DNA of 64,000 nt from Octopus bimaculoides (lineage: Eukaryota), in contig NC_068981.1 in assembly GCF_001194135.2 (NCBI RefSeq), forward strand, positions 19,216,816-19,280,815, in the 5' to 3' direction. Below, piece after piece: positions 38,471-51,420 of this stretch (position 1 is the first letter of the stretch; each line of letters opens with the position of its first letter). Made by a program: the position numbers and the translations under genes. The notes below the pieces were generated by a model. The model had not been told where the DNA came from, made no database searches, and worked only from the letters and a program-made list of their open reading frames with translations.

Positions 38471-39822
38471 TATTATTATTATTATTATTATTATTATTTC
38501 ATTTATTAGCCACTCGGGTCGACATATAGGGGACGATACAGTAGACATGGGCAGTGGGGATTTTACACAGAAAGAACGAGTAAAACAATAACAATGATAT
38601 CTAACAAAAAGAATGTAACAACGAAAGTTCCCCAGTAAGTGGGGGGAGTTAACCACCTGGAGTTGGCTCAGGTACCCCACTAATCCTGAACCACACGACG
38701 CTTCGAGGGCATCTGGGAAGAGCACCCTTTTCCCTCTCAAATTCACTAGCCTACATGCGCATTATTAGAGGTCTACTCACACGTGCCATTTTCGCTACAT
38801 TCACCCACCTTTTAGCAATTGTACTGGGGGGGGGGGCTTCACTTGGCAGAAGAGAAAAGTGTGTTTCCAGTCCTTTCAGCTTGGTCCACCATACAACCTC
38901 TTTCGCTACTGCTATCAGACAGAGGAAAAAAATTGCTTGCTCTTCCGGACCGATGGAAGGCGGCGGATCGATCTTCACTATGGACTCGGACGTGATAACA
39001 GCAGTTCAACAGAAGTCCACAAGTTAGTAATGCAAGGACACTAGACGAGTGCGTGCAGAACGGTTTCATCGCTCTGCGCGCATCTTGGGCAGGTCCGTCT
39101 GACAGTAATTCCGTACCTGTAAAGTTTATCTCGAACCAGCAGTGCACCCCGGTAGCACTGCCAAGCTAGGGATTTCTGGAAAGTCCTCCCGAACAGAGTG
39201 GTTAGTTCGACTTTATCAACGCCTAGCGTCTCTCTAAGTATGTTATCACTCTTTTCCCCCCACTAACCCTCTATAGAACGCAAGAGTGGATGTTGCACTG
39301 ATCGCATTACCTGCCTGGTAGAGGGCAGTGAGTGTCTGGTAACATTCCATATGCCAGTCACGCCGCCTCGGTCTCTTCTTGGCCCATGACTGCAGCTCAG
39401 TCAAGGAAACGAGCTGTGAAAAGGCCTGTTTGACAAACGGCGACTACACCTGTTCACCGTTTAAGCAGAATATCTGGAGATGCTGCAGCCTCAACAAATG
39501 TCTGTGCATCATTAGCCACGGCATGCCCAGCCTTCTGCCTTGAGGGTGTTGGCAGCAGATGGACCGACTCACCAATGGAACCTGTCCCCTCCACAGGAAT
39601 TTGAAGAGGAAACGCTCTGACCTGGCCAGGCACGATTGGGTGCAAGGCACGAGGTCGGCAAGCGGTAGNNNNNNNNNNTCTGACCTGGCGAGGCACGATT
39701 GGGTGCAAGGCACGAGGTCGGCAAGCGGTAGTAGATGACGAACGCGATGTACGCATTCGCCACCTCCGCTCAACCTTTGAGTGATAGCTTCTTCCCAGCC
39801 CATTTCTGGGTGAGACTGACTA
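38465..39822 (-). mobile_element. L1/Tx1-clade LINE 3' portion with AATAAA and (AAT)n tail
   Basis: ANAYIAFVIYYRL, RFLFKFLWRGQVPLVSRSICCQHP..LGMP, CCHC-like CARRDETVLHALVQCP, AVAKEVVWW; 3' UTR ends CTAATAAATGAAATAATAAT. Confidence 0.85.
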
Positions 39823-39832
39823 CCCTGCTCGT

Positions 39833-39894
<62 letters not shown>

Positions 39895-39990
39895 GCGAAG
39901 TCGACCTCGTGGAATTTGAACTCAGAACGTAGCGACGGGCGAAATACCGCTGAGCATTATGCCCCTACATGCTAACGATTCTGTCAGTTC

Positions 39991-40031
<41 letters not shown>

Positions 40032-42570
40032 CAACAACACCAACAATAATAATAATTTAAAAAATGATAGCAACACCACTACCACCAACTATAACAATCA
40101 TAAGAATAGAAATTAAATAGAACCAGTGCCTGATCCTCCCAAGATACAACAAAACCAATCAACAATCGAGTTCACATCAAGAATCTTGCTAACCAAATAC
40201 GAAAAACGAAATATATTCAGTCCCATAGGAATGATGCAAGTTTTGTTTAGTTCCTCTTCACTGTCCACAACACTTAACGTGCAAAAGACAACAAACAACA
40301 CTTTTGGCACCGAGACAAAGACAAGTGTAGGGTTGTGAACTGATAGCAGTTATAGGGGTGGGATTGTCAAACTGCAACTATTGACCCCCTGTCCAATGAA
40401 ACGAATGTTATTACGGTTACTTGGTATTTACAGCCGTGTGGGTGAATTAAATACTGAAATGACAAGGAAAATACAATCAAAATATTTAATAGGCAATATA
40501 TGTCTTGTTGTTGATTTAGATTTTAATAACTTACCGGTATAGACAGATGGAGTGTCAGAAGTAGATAGGTATTTAGACAGGCATATAGACAGACAGGTAG
40601 GTAGGTTGACAAAAAACATGTGAAAAGGCAAATAACAAGATGGCATTATGAAAATATAAATTATGTGGAAATACAAAGGATAGTTCACGTCGCAAGTTAT
40701 ACAACCATCCTCTCCAACTAATGAAACAAATTGAGAAATTTACAGCACTCAGGAACGCTGCAACGTCATGCACTAATAACTCTCTCTCTTTCTAGGTCTC
40801 TCTCTCTCTCTCTTTCTCTCATTAACTTATGACATAGAAAATAGCGTTAAACGACCCACATCCGTCCAACTGCCCAAAGAACACATTCTCAAACAACAAC
40901 AATATCAATAATCTCCAAACACTGCGATAGGGTGCACAGTACCAATAGTAATTGCAGAGCGAAGCAGATTTCACTTTCAGACTGTGTTCATCTTCTGCTC
41001 CACCACTTGCGGTTATGGACGCCTCTACATGGTCAGCAGACTTACTAGAAATAGCAACTGAATTTCTCTTAAGTTGCTTCTTAATCTATTAATACAGTAT
41101 GAATGTTCTAGATAATGTAAACAATGTAAGATCATCTGCTAAAAACGATATTATAATAATTGGAATGTCTTTTGATCAGAGATTTGCTTAATCAGAGCTG
41201 TTCTTGGGGTTAAATGACAACCACATTAGACATAGAGAAACAAACGGGTTAATAGAGTGAGTAGAGTATTTCCAGGATGCAACACTGCTCAACAATTAAT
41301 TAGTCAGACTGTGAAGAGTGATCCTCCACCAGACGGAGCTATGGGAGGTCCAGAACAGTAGATTTGTGGAAGTTCGATTAGCTAAGTGTTGAATGATTGG
41401 TAGGGCTGAATTTGGCTGCGTGCTGTTTCTCCATATAGAAACAAGTCCGTTTTAGGTTTGTAATAAGACCATTTATTTATACATAAACTTAACAACCACA
41501 ATCGTTACTTGCCGGAAGCCGTATTAGTAGAGAGTCTTGTATGTATGTAGTGTTTTGGCTAAGAATCAGGCAGCTACTTTTCTTGCTTTGAGAGGTAGGA
41601 AAATTATATGTTCATGATAGACAAGCGATTCCTTTTAACCCAGGGTTGAAGAGTGACCAAGAAACCTGTATTCTCACGGACCTCTGTTTCTTATCTCTTT
41701 TGACTATGTCTTAATTTACAGTCAAGTGTTGGCGGGAAACCTATGGTAATTTCCACTCGAAATCGTAGGATCAAATGGCCGCAGCTGAAATACCATTGGC
41801 TGACAATTAGTCAGGGATCGCCTGATATGCTGTAATCTATCTCTCGTTACTGATTTAACGCGGATTCAGCTCGAGACCCCACTGCTGATCTCTGGATCAC
41901 ATCTAGCTGTTTGCCCTACAATCTCTGTTTGCCCTACAAGCCATATATCTTGTTCGATTAGGGCAGGCCAAACAATGTTATACAATAACAACAATAGCAA
42001 CTACAGTCTACAATGTAAATTCTACAACCAAATCAACCTCAAATAATGCCTTATTGTCTTAAGAATGGAAGAATGCTAAAATGAATATTGCAGGTTTGAG
42101 ATTTTTGTTTCTGATGTTTCTAATAGTCTTTATGCAGTTTTCTGCTTGCAGATTACAAATATACTTTAATCTACTGGCTGCATTATGGTAGCAATGTTGG
42201 TTAACAGGAACATACAATACATTTTTATTATCATTACTGACAAGTTGCTAATCATCAATCACAACAGACATACAGAAACAGACTGTTTAATAGAGATAGT
42301 AGAGTATTTCCTGGCTGCGATATTACATTGTCTAAAGTTTGTGATGTCTTCATCACACCGGAAAGTTTGAAGACATCTTCCTGGAATTTAGGCACTTCAC
42401 AAATGAAATGAGAGGAAAATACTCATTTATTGAAGATGTATATACTTTGAATTACCATTTCTTGAGAATGGTCATAATACACTGCTAACAAGTATATTAT
42501 GCCAACCAAAATTTGCAAATGTGTAGCATTGCATCTACATTCGTGCAAAGTAGATAATGCTATAGATAAT

Positions 42571-43262
42571 TCTTATTTCTTTATTGCCCATAAAGGGTCA
42601 AACACAGAGGGAACAAACAAGGACAGACAAAGGGATTAAGTCGATTACATCCACCCCAGTGCGTAACTGGTACTTAATTTATCGACCCCGAAAGGATGCA
42701 AGGCAAAATCGACCTCGGCGGAATTTGAACTCAGAACGTAACGGCAGACGAAATACCGCTAAGCATTTCGCCCGGCGTTCTAACGTTTCTGTCAGCTCGC
42801 CGCCTTTATATTGATAATTATTTTTGTTTAGGTACAAGGCCTGAAATTCGGTGGGTGGGGGGCTAGTTGATTACATCGACTCTAGTACTTGACTGGTACT
42901 TATTTTATCGATCCCGAAATGATGAAAGGCAAAGTTGACACCGAAGGAATTAAACTCAGGACGTAAATCTGGAGGAAATACCGCTAAGCATCTTGTTAGG
43001 CGCGGTAAAGATTCTACTGGTAATGATTCTGCCTTGATAAAGCTATAATGGTTTCAAATTTTTTATACAAGGCCACTGGCTTTTGAGGGGAGGGGGAAGT
43101 CGATTATATCGACCTCAGTATTCAGCTGGTACTTATTTTATCGACCCCAAAAGGATGAAAGGCAAAGCCTAACTTGGCGGAATTTGAACTCAAAACATAA
43201 AAGCGGACGAAATCCCGCTAAGTATTTTATCGGCTGCTAACAATTCTGCCAGTTCGCTGCCT
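42571..43262 (-). mobile_element. Three head-to-tail SINE family B/C copies
   Basis: Each has reverse-complement GGCG..GAGCTG.CAGAA head, GAGTTCAAATTCC B box, CTTTCATCCTTTCGGGGTCGAT body: 42571-42805, 42829-43020, 43044-43262. Confidence 0.9.
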
Positions 43263-44623
43263 TATAAGCTATAAATAAAAGCTAAAGAAAAATAAACTTT
43301 GGATTGAAAGAAATACCGATGGCAGGTCTCGAACCCGCATCGGCGAACATGACAGATGTGTAAGCATTAAACCAAAGCAACCCTTCGAATTTTCACAACG
43401 GTGGAACTCGGAGTAGAAAAAGCTATAATAATAGCGTACAGAATACTGTGTTTAAATTACGAGAAAGTATGAAGTTTTATTGATAAAAAGTTGGATACTC
43501 TGTAGCAGGGGTTTTCAAACTTTTTGACATGTTCACTTTTTCGTCTCTTTCAATTTCTGCTCCTACTTCAAAGCAAATGGTTGCCTTCCAAAGATGAATA
43601 AAATAAATAAAATATTTGTACGGAAATTAACGAACAATACCCGTGCTTAATTGACGTAAATACTGGTAGTAACGAAAAAATGCCTAAATAAGTACCAGTT
43701 GAGTACTGTGGTCGATTTAATCGACTTAGCCCCTCCCTCAAAATTGCTGGCCTTGTGCCAAAATTTGAAGTTAACATCATATTCATCACAAATCTTCACC
43801 AAGGAATTAATTAGTCTCTAACTTCTTTATTACTGCCAATTTCTGGTACACAGATATGATCGCGTGCTTCTTTTGATTAATTATAACTTATTTCTGAAGC
43901 CAAAACACAAAATTGAACTATACCTAATCACTGAAATATCAGCAAAAACTGCAGAGGAACTCAAATTACATTGTGTTGTCATAGTATGTACTGCGCAACC
44001 GTGAAAAACCTACTAGTATGGCGTAAGTATTACTCTAAAATAAATATACAAACTTAAAGCTACTTCGACTTCACTTAATCTTTGTTTCTGAGTGTGTCAT
44101 ATTAGATTTGAAAACAAATGACAGTCAGATTTTATCATGATACTGCAAGAACAGAATTATTAAAAAGATAATCAGTTAAGGAATTTTCAACGGATTTATG
44201 CATACAGTCGTTCACCATGGAAACATAATGTTTGTTAAGGGCTATGTGAAAGCGATAATAAAAGAGTAATTCTTATATAAGAAGCAGACTGAATATAGAC
44301 AAAAATAAGCAAGAAGAGGAGTTTAATGAATTCGAATTCTAAGTGAACTAGTAAGCTCGCTTGCTATGTTGCGCTGGGGAAACGCATATAGAATTAATTT
44401 GCTTCTGGCTGATCTGAAAATGACAAATGAAGAAACACTCAGAAAAATTTGCAGATGTGAATCTCGGATTATCAGCTGAGTAGAATGGTACCATTCGATA
44501 AGTAAATTAACATCCCAGTGCTGCAACATATACTGTGTAGTTACTACATTTCGTACATTTGACACAGCCCAATGCATAGAAATAAATAAATAACATATAA
44601 TGGATGATGAAATAGCAGTAATA

Positions 44624-45024
44624 TAACCCAGAATGTTGTGTGTGTGTTGGCACTCCGTCGCTTACGACGTCGAGAGTTCCAGTTGATCCGATCAACGGAA
44701 CAGCCTGCTCGTGAAATTAACGTGCAAGTGGCTGAGCACTCCACAGACACGTGTACCCTTAACCTAGTTCTCGGGGATATTCAGCGTGACACAGTATGAC
44801 AAGGCTGACCCTTTGAATTACAGGCACAACAGAAACAGAGAGTAAGAGTGAGAGAAAGTTGTGGTGAAAGAGTACAGCAGGGTTCGCCACCATCCCTTGC
44901 CGGAGCCTCGTTTAGCTTTAGGTGTTTCCGCTCAATAAACACTCACAACGCCCGGTCTGGGAATCGAAACCGCGATCCTATGACCGCGAGTCCGCTGCCC
45001 TAACCACTGGGCCATTGCGCCTCC
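44624..45024 (-). mobile_element. Young tRNA-Arg-derived SINE (third family)
   Basis: Head GGAGGCGCAATGGCCCAGTGGTTAGGGCAGCGGACTCGCGGTCATAGGATCGCGGTTTCGATTCCCAGACC with A/B boxes and TCG at the anticodon position; CpGs intact. Confidence 0.85.
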
Positions 45025-45086
45025 ACATAACCCATAATAGACAGTATATAATAATACAATGTATATATTTGTTTAATTACTCGTTG

Positions 45087-45148
45087 AGCAGAGAGACGCA
45101 GTGGAAGCGTGCCCATAACCCAAAGGTCTAGATCGAAACAATACTGTG
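45087..45148 (+). pseudogene. Initiator tRNA-Met pseudogene
   Basis: AGCAGAGAGACGCAGTGGAAGCGTG-----CCCATAACCCAAAGGTC---TAGATCGAAAC aligns to eukaryotic tRNA-iMet (CAT anticodon, ATCG T-loop) with two deletions and a broken acceptor stem. Confidence 0.85.
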
Positions 45149-45530
45149 AAGAAATGGTTTAAAATAATCCAACCAGCCTACAATGGGGTTAGGCTCAAAA
45201 TATATTATGCAATAAACATTATACAGAACCAGAGGGTCACCAACTGACCGGGGTACATCAAAACCCAAGAAATGTTGTGAGCAAAGACGACAACAAGAGT
45301 TTTCGCTTAGTATATAGAATTAAAAGGAGCTGTGCGGAATGCAAGAAAATGGAAATATTTCTTACAAAGAGCTGTAAGAGGAAATAATACAGAGTGTGTA
45401 CTGGGGATGTGTTGCTCGTCTTTGGCCTTTATTTTTTCACTCTCATGATCCTGGCATTCACTCAGTACATACATCTAACTGTGGAGTATACAAAGCTATT
45501 TCATAACTGTCACAAAATTACATAACAGGA

Positions 45531-45952
45531 AGGCGGCGAGCTGGCAGAAACGTTAGCACGACGGGCGAAATGCTTAGAGGTATTTCGTTTGTCTTTACAT
45601 TCTGAGTTCAAATTCCGCCGAGGTCGACTTTGCCTTTCATCCTTTCGGGGTCGATTAAGTAAGTACCAGTTACACACTGGGGTCGATATAATCGACTTAA
45701 TCACTTTGTCTGTCCTTGTTTGTCCCCTCTATGTGTAGCCCCTTGTGGGCAGTAAAGAAATAAGAATTAAGAAACGTTAGCACGACGGGCGAAATGCTTA
45801 GCGGTATTTCGTCTATCTTTATGTTCTGAGTTCAAATTCCGCCGAGTTCAAATTACCTTCCATCCTCTCTGGATCGATAAATTAAGTACCAGTTGCGTAT
45901 TGGGATCGATCTAATCGACTGGCCCCCTCCCCAAACATTTCGAGTAGAAAAG
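45531..45952 (+). mobile_element. Tandem SINE family C + B pair, young
   Basis: GGCGGCGAGCTGGCAGAAACGTTAGCACG head at 45532; second copy from 45771; other B-family copies at about 6840-7050, 16225-16370, 26035-26250, 37940-38135, 39895-39992(-), 51510-51722(-), 51765-51950, 57630-57768(-), 63395-63545(-). Confidence 0.9.
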
Positions 45953-46399
45953 AACATTGCATAACAGCAAACAGAAAAAGTAGTTTCCCATTATGGGTCT
46001 TTTTTACATTTTTGAGTGACTTTAATATTCATTCTGAATTTACCATCTCTGCAGTAGCGTTACCTGATGGGGCGATGGGGGAAGTCCGTGTCTGGCGGCT
46101 CTTTTAGATCTGGTTTCTATGGGGTGGGAAAGCAGGGGCGGTAGACATGGACTGTCCTGGGCAGCACACACTCTCGTACTGCCATTGGAGTTCTTTTGGG
46201 TGTGCATGCTTCCTCTTGTGGTATACCCAGAATTTACTCTCCTACAACTCTGATGCTGGAAGACACCAGAAGAGGACAGCAGCGGCACCCACTTCCCATC
46301 TTCTTAACTTAGATTTTGTCTGGTTTATCCGATATCCAGCTCAACGGTATACAGTTTAACGAGACTTGACAGTATTAAGTATTAACATATCTAATGTGA

Positions 46400-46800
46400 T
46401 TAGCGAAGGGGTGGGTGTGTTGACGGTGGAGCGTTGTTGAATCGGATAAGAGTGATAGCAACGAGGTGGTGGTGGTGATGGTGGAACTATTTGCGTGGGA
46501 GTTTTGATAGGGGCGTTGACGATGTAGATGATAGTGTTGTGATGGCGGTAGCAGTATTGGCTGTAGTGGTGGTGGTGGTGGTGGTGGTGGTGGTTGGGAT
46601 GTTGGGGGTAGTGATGGTTGTTGTTGTTGTTGGTGGTGGTGGTGGTGGTTTTTGGTGTTGTGGTGATAGAGGTGGTGGTGGTGGTGATGTGGTGATAGAG
46701 GTGGTAATGGTGATAGTGGTAGTCGTGGTGGTGGTGGTGATGACAGAGACAGTGGAGTAGATGGTAGTGGGTAAAATAGAGATGAGATGGTGAGGGCGGG
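46400..46800. repeat. (GGT/GAT)-rich low-complexity tract; ACC-rich counterpart at 47540-48070
   Basis: Direct reading. Confidence 0.9.
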
Positions 46801-46943
46801 GTCTGTCAGCATGAGGTAATCAATAGCACTAATGCTGCTACATCATCACTGTTAAAAGCTTAAAACTACTACTACTACTACTACTACTACCACTATTACT
46901 ACTACTACTACTACTACTACTACTAATAATAATAATAATAATA

Positions 46944-47275
46944 AATTCCTTATTGCCCACAGGGGGGAGCTAAACACAGAGGGGACATACAAGGACAGAC
47001 AAAGGGACTAAGTCGGTTACATCAACCACAGTGCGTAACTGGTACTTATTTAATCAACCCCGAAACGATGAAAGGCAAAGTCGACCTCAGCGGAATTTGA
47101 ACTCAGAACATAGCAGCAGTTCAAATTCCACCGAGGTCGAATTTGCCTTTCATCCTTTCAGGGTTGATTAAATAAGTACCAGTTACGCACTGGGTTGATG
47201 TAATCGACTTAGTCCCTTTGTCTGTCCTTGTTTGTCCCCTCTGTGTTTAGTTCCCCCTGTGGGCTATAAAGAATT
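46944..47275. repeat. Head-to-head SINE palindrome (about 158-bp arms, 16-bp spacer)
   Basis: 46944-47102 is the reverse complement of 47119-47275. Confidence 0.95.
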
Positions 47276-47277
47276 AA

Positions 47278-47308
<31 letters not shown>

Positions 47309-48254
47309 GTAATTAATTCTTGTTTTATTGGCCGCAAGGGCTAATATGAATCAAAAACATGTAAGGACAAAGATAGGACGAAAAGTACAAAGGGTTTTAA
47401 ATCTTCCTCAACTCGAAAATAAAGAATTTGTTAGATTAGGGAATCTTGGGTCCCTTGCACATTGGGAAAAAAACAGGATGGTCACAGCCAGAATGCTTTT
47501 GATTATAAGTCTGCTCATAATTGACCTGGAAGTAAACAACAGCAAACTATCACCACAAATAGTACTACAGCCACTACCATCATCGCCCATACCGTTGTCA
47601 CACCTCCCTACATTACTAACTACAAACACCACCACCACATCTTCCATAACCACATTTTCCACTAAAACATCTTCCACCACCACCAGCACCACATCTTCCA
47701 CCACTATCTCTCTACTATACTCATCATCATCATCATCATCGAACACCACTTCCAACCATCCAAAACTACTACCATCGCCACTCACCCACAACTACCTACT
47801 GACGACTTACTAACCCATGTATCTATACCACTCGCCACCATTAATACAATCGCACACTTGCACCTACCCCGACCACCATAACACCCACAAGCGTGTATAA
47901 CCACCAGGTATTTACTTGCCACCACCACCACCACCATCACTACCACCACTGTTAACAACCACCACCACAACCACCATCATCTCTGCCACCATCATCACCA
48001 TCGCAACGGTAACAATCAACTTATTTGCCACTGTCGTTCCCCACCACCACCTCCACTGCCACTGCCACTGCTAAGAGTCAGGAATTTGGCAACAATCAGG
48101 TTTGAACGGAAGACATTATCTCTGCCAAGCGAGAATATTCCAACTGTTGACATCAGGATGAAAGTATGTCGCACTACAGGAGATTCTTTATTCGTGTGTG
48201 TGTCTCTGTGTGTGCGTGTATATATATTTATATATATATTCACACACACACATA

Positions 48255-48324
<70 letters not shown>

Positions 48325-48595
48325 ACCTATGTACATACAAGCATATATACATATGCACATACATACAGATATGTATATAGACATGTAAACATACAGACAT
48401 ATATATATATATATATATATATAATCATCATCATCATCATCGTTTAACGTCGCTTTCCATGCTAGCATGGGTTGGACGATTTGACTGAGGACTGGTGGAC
48501 CAGGTGGCTACACCAGGTTCCAATCTGATTTGGCAGAGTTTCTACAGCTGGATGCCCTTCCTAACGCCATATATATATATATATATATATACACA

Positions 48596-49473
48596 CAGGG
48601 TATGATGGGTAAATTGTTTCCATTCTATATTTTTTAATTTCACACATGTGCACTGTTTGTTTTTGATTTTGGCAACTACACAGTTTAGTAGGATCAGTTG
48701 GGCACTGTCTGTGAGCAAAACACCACCATGATGCAATTCACTCTGATAGAAATTTAGAAATGACATGCTGTACTACTTGGAATTCACACCAGAAGCTTCA
48801 ATACAAACATTTCAGAGTGTTTGGGTGTCAATCTGAGAACATGTACTGAGAGTGATAAAAATCAAACATCCAGTCAACATCATGGTGTTTGTAGTGATCA
48901 CTAGTGATGACGACATTATATCTCCATTCATCTTCCCACACAGCCTCAGTCAGACTCAACATGGAGGCCTACATCAAGTGTCTGGAGAGGGTAGTGCTGC
49001 CCTGGGTCAAGAGGGTAGCTGCTGGAAGACCCTATGTCTGACAACAGGACTCTGCACCATGCCACACAAGCAAGAGAACCTAGTCATGGCTGTCAGACAA
49101 TTTCTGTGACCACATCACCCCTAACATCTGGCCACCTAACTCTCCAGACTGTAACCCCCTTGATTATTATGTGTGGGGTGCAGGTAAGTGAGAGACCAAT
49201 AAAACTCCATGTAATGCCAGAGATGAACTGAGGGCAAGGATTATGGCAGCATTCACCAACTTAAACAAGGAGACTATCCAGAAGAGTTGCAAAAGATTCT
49301 GAAGTCATTTGGAGGCTGTGGTTGAAGCCAATGGCGATTTTATTGAATTATTTTACTCTTTAGTATTTCAAGACATTTTTATGTAATTTTGGTAAATATA
49401 TCTGTTAAAATGAGATGTCAGTTTTATTTTCATTTTTGTGTAATTTAGACAACAGTTTATTCACTGCACCCTG
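48596..49473 (+). mobile_element. DD37D (maT-type) transposon, internally deleted, second copy
   Basis: QQDSAPCHTSKRT*SWLSDNFCDHITPNIWPPNSPDCNPLDYYVWG; ends CAGGGT...CACCCTG with TA-rich flanks. Confidence 0.9.
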
Positions 49474-50632
49474 TATATATATATNNNNNNNNNNNNNNNN
49501 NNNNNNNNNNNNNNNNNNNNNNNNNNNTTTTACTCTTTAGTATTTCAAGACATTTTTATGTAATTTTGGTAAATATATCTGTTAAAATGAGATGTCAGTT
49601 TTATTTTCATTTTTGTGTAATTTAGACAACAGTTTATTCACTGCACCCTGTATATATATATGAAAGACAAAACAGAATTTAATGAGATTGGTGCTGATCT
49701 GTGTCAGCAAGACTTGATTTATCTAGCAAAAAATATGGAAAGAATATTGTGAATTTGCTGTAGGGAGCGAAAAATCCAGCTTTTCAATAAGAGCTGTTGA
49801 ATAGTTGACAGGAAATTTTCCACTTCTCACAGCAAGTTCACTGTACTTCTTTTGCCTATTTTATTACACACACGCACACACATATATATATATATGCATA
49901 CATACATTTATATATACAGTGATCACTCACCATATCGCAGTTCACCTATCGCGCCCTCAGTACATGGTGGATTTTTCTGGCTTATATATCTAAATTTATA
50001 TTCTGAACTCCTCAGTACATCGCGTTTCTCTGTGGCCGATAGGTATTTATATTTTTTTTTTAGATTTTAACTATTTCTGTGGTAAAATAAGCATTTCCAT
50101 GCCTAAAAATAAACAAACAAATAGAAATACAGTACATTACTGCACTATATGACTAATCAATTAAAATATATTAAAAGAAAATACGCAGTGTACCATAGAT
50201 GAGTAAACAAAGAATCACACATACTCTACGGAAAACGAAACTCAGGAGCCGAATGTGTGGTGGTGTTTTGATACTCTCTTTTACTCTCTTTTACTTGTTT
50301 CAGTCATTTGACTGTGGCCATGCTGGAGCACTGCCTTCAGTTGAGCATATCGACCCCTGGACTTATAAATACTATACTGGGTCCTCAAACATTGCACTCC
50401 CTACTAGGTGTTAGAACGAGTGTTAGCTACTCAGTTGAGATGTTTTCTTTGTAATCTTTCCTTCCCAAACATCAACAGTTATTTTGGTTGTAATTCAACC
50501 CCAGTTTTTAACCCCAACTCAGTCCCTGTTGAACAGAGTTATGATCAAAAGTTTTCTAGTTATCTACTTAGAAAGTGATTTGTCTGTTATTTCTAGCACA
50601 AGTCAAACAACTTTGTAGAGGTAGTGGTTGTG

Positions 50633-50664
<32 letters not shown>

Positions 50665-50939
50665 GATGGTGGGATGAAGCTGGTACTAGATGATGGTTAT
50701 AGTGGCAGTGTGGTGGTGGTAGAGGTGAGAGTGGTAGTGGTCAACAGCATTATGAACTGATGAAAGAACTTCTGCATGTTCAGTGTTCACTCAATCTGAT
50801 AAAATTAGCAATAAAATATTCTTCAAATCAAACACTTTTGTTAAAAAGAAAAGGAGAGACACATTGGACAATCTATTTCCCATGACTTTGATTATAGATC
50901 CTTTCATTCAAGGTAAACAACAATAACAGCAAAATATTT

Positions 50940-51420
50940 AGACTATTTTTCATCTTGCATTTACAATATCCATGTCACTGCATTCCTTACTGAAGTCATC
51001 ATCGTCCATAACATCAATGTACACAACTCCTGGCTCCTGAAAATCTGCCACACCAACACAAAAGTTAAATAGTCTTTCTGAATATTAACGACCTTCTTGC
51101 AGTCTAATAACCTTTTTCTTCTTCTTAATCCTTAGTACATAGATGTGGCTCACACACAACCTAAACACTTGTTGACAGACCAAAATTTCAACAACATCTA
51201 TCAGAAAGGTCATAGTGACATAGTGTCCTTATACATCACGAAGACACAATTACTGCACATATTAAAGGGACAATTTTGCCCCCACACCTTCCTCTAACCA
51301 TAAACTACACAGGACTAGAAATTTCGAAGTTGATGCAAATGTTTGCCTTCACTGCCTCTGATTATCTTTCATAGTTTGGACAATGTTAATGTTATAATTG
51401 TGAGATCTAAGATGTGTGAT
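50940..51420 (-). mobile_element. Highly decayed Penelope-like GIY-YIG relic
   Basis: NKCLGCV*ATSMY and GVADF..YIDVMDDDDFSKEC..DIVNAR loosely follow the C-terminal GIY-YIG pattern. Confidence 0.35.

Noticed and set aside
39620-39730. About 50-bp tandem duplicate around a 10-N gap in the Tx1 element
   Set aside because: Most likely an assembly overlap artefact
43310-43385. tRNA-like GGTTCGAGACC B box on the minus strand (similar at about 61860)
   Set aside because: No consistent cloverleaf or identifiable anticodon; at most a decayed SINE head
46375-48070. Pro/His/Thr- or Val/Gly-rich ORFs resembling structural proteins, and an apparent large fold-back between GGT-rich and ACC-rich tracts
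   Set aside because: Low-complexity triplet tracts with no splice or codon support; the two tracts share composition but do not align
49345-49660. Second copy of the maT right end after a gap
   Set aside because: Identical to the pre-gap sequence; artefact, not a third element
50991-51044. Symmetric 54-nt minus-strand exon candidate (DFQEPGVVYIDVMDDDDF)
   Set aside because: Good splice signals, but the context reads as a decayed Penelope GIY-YIG C-terminus; TE origin is more parsimonious, though exonisation is not excluded
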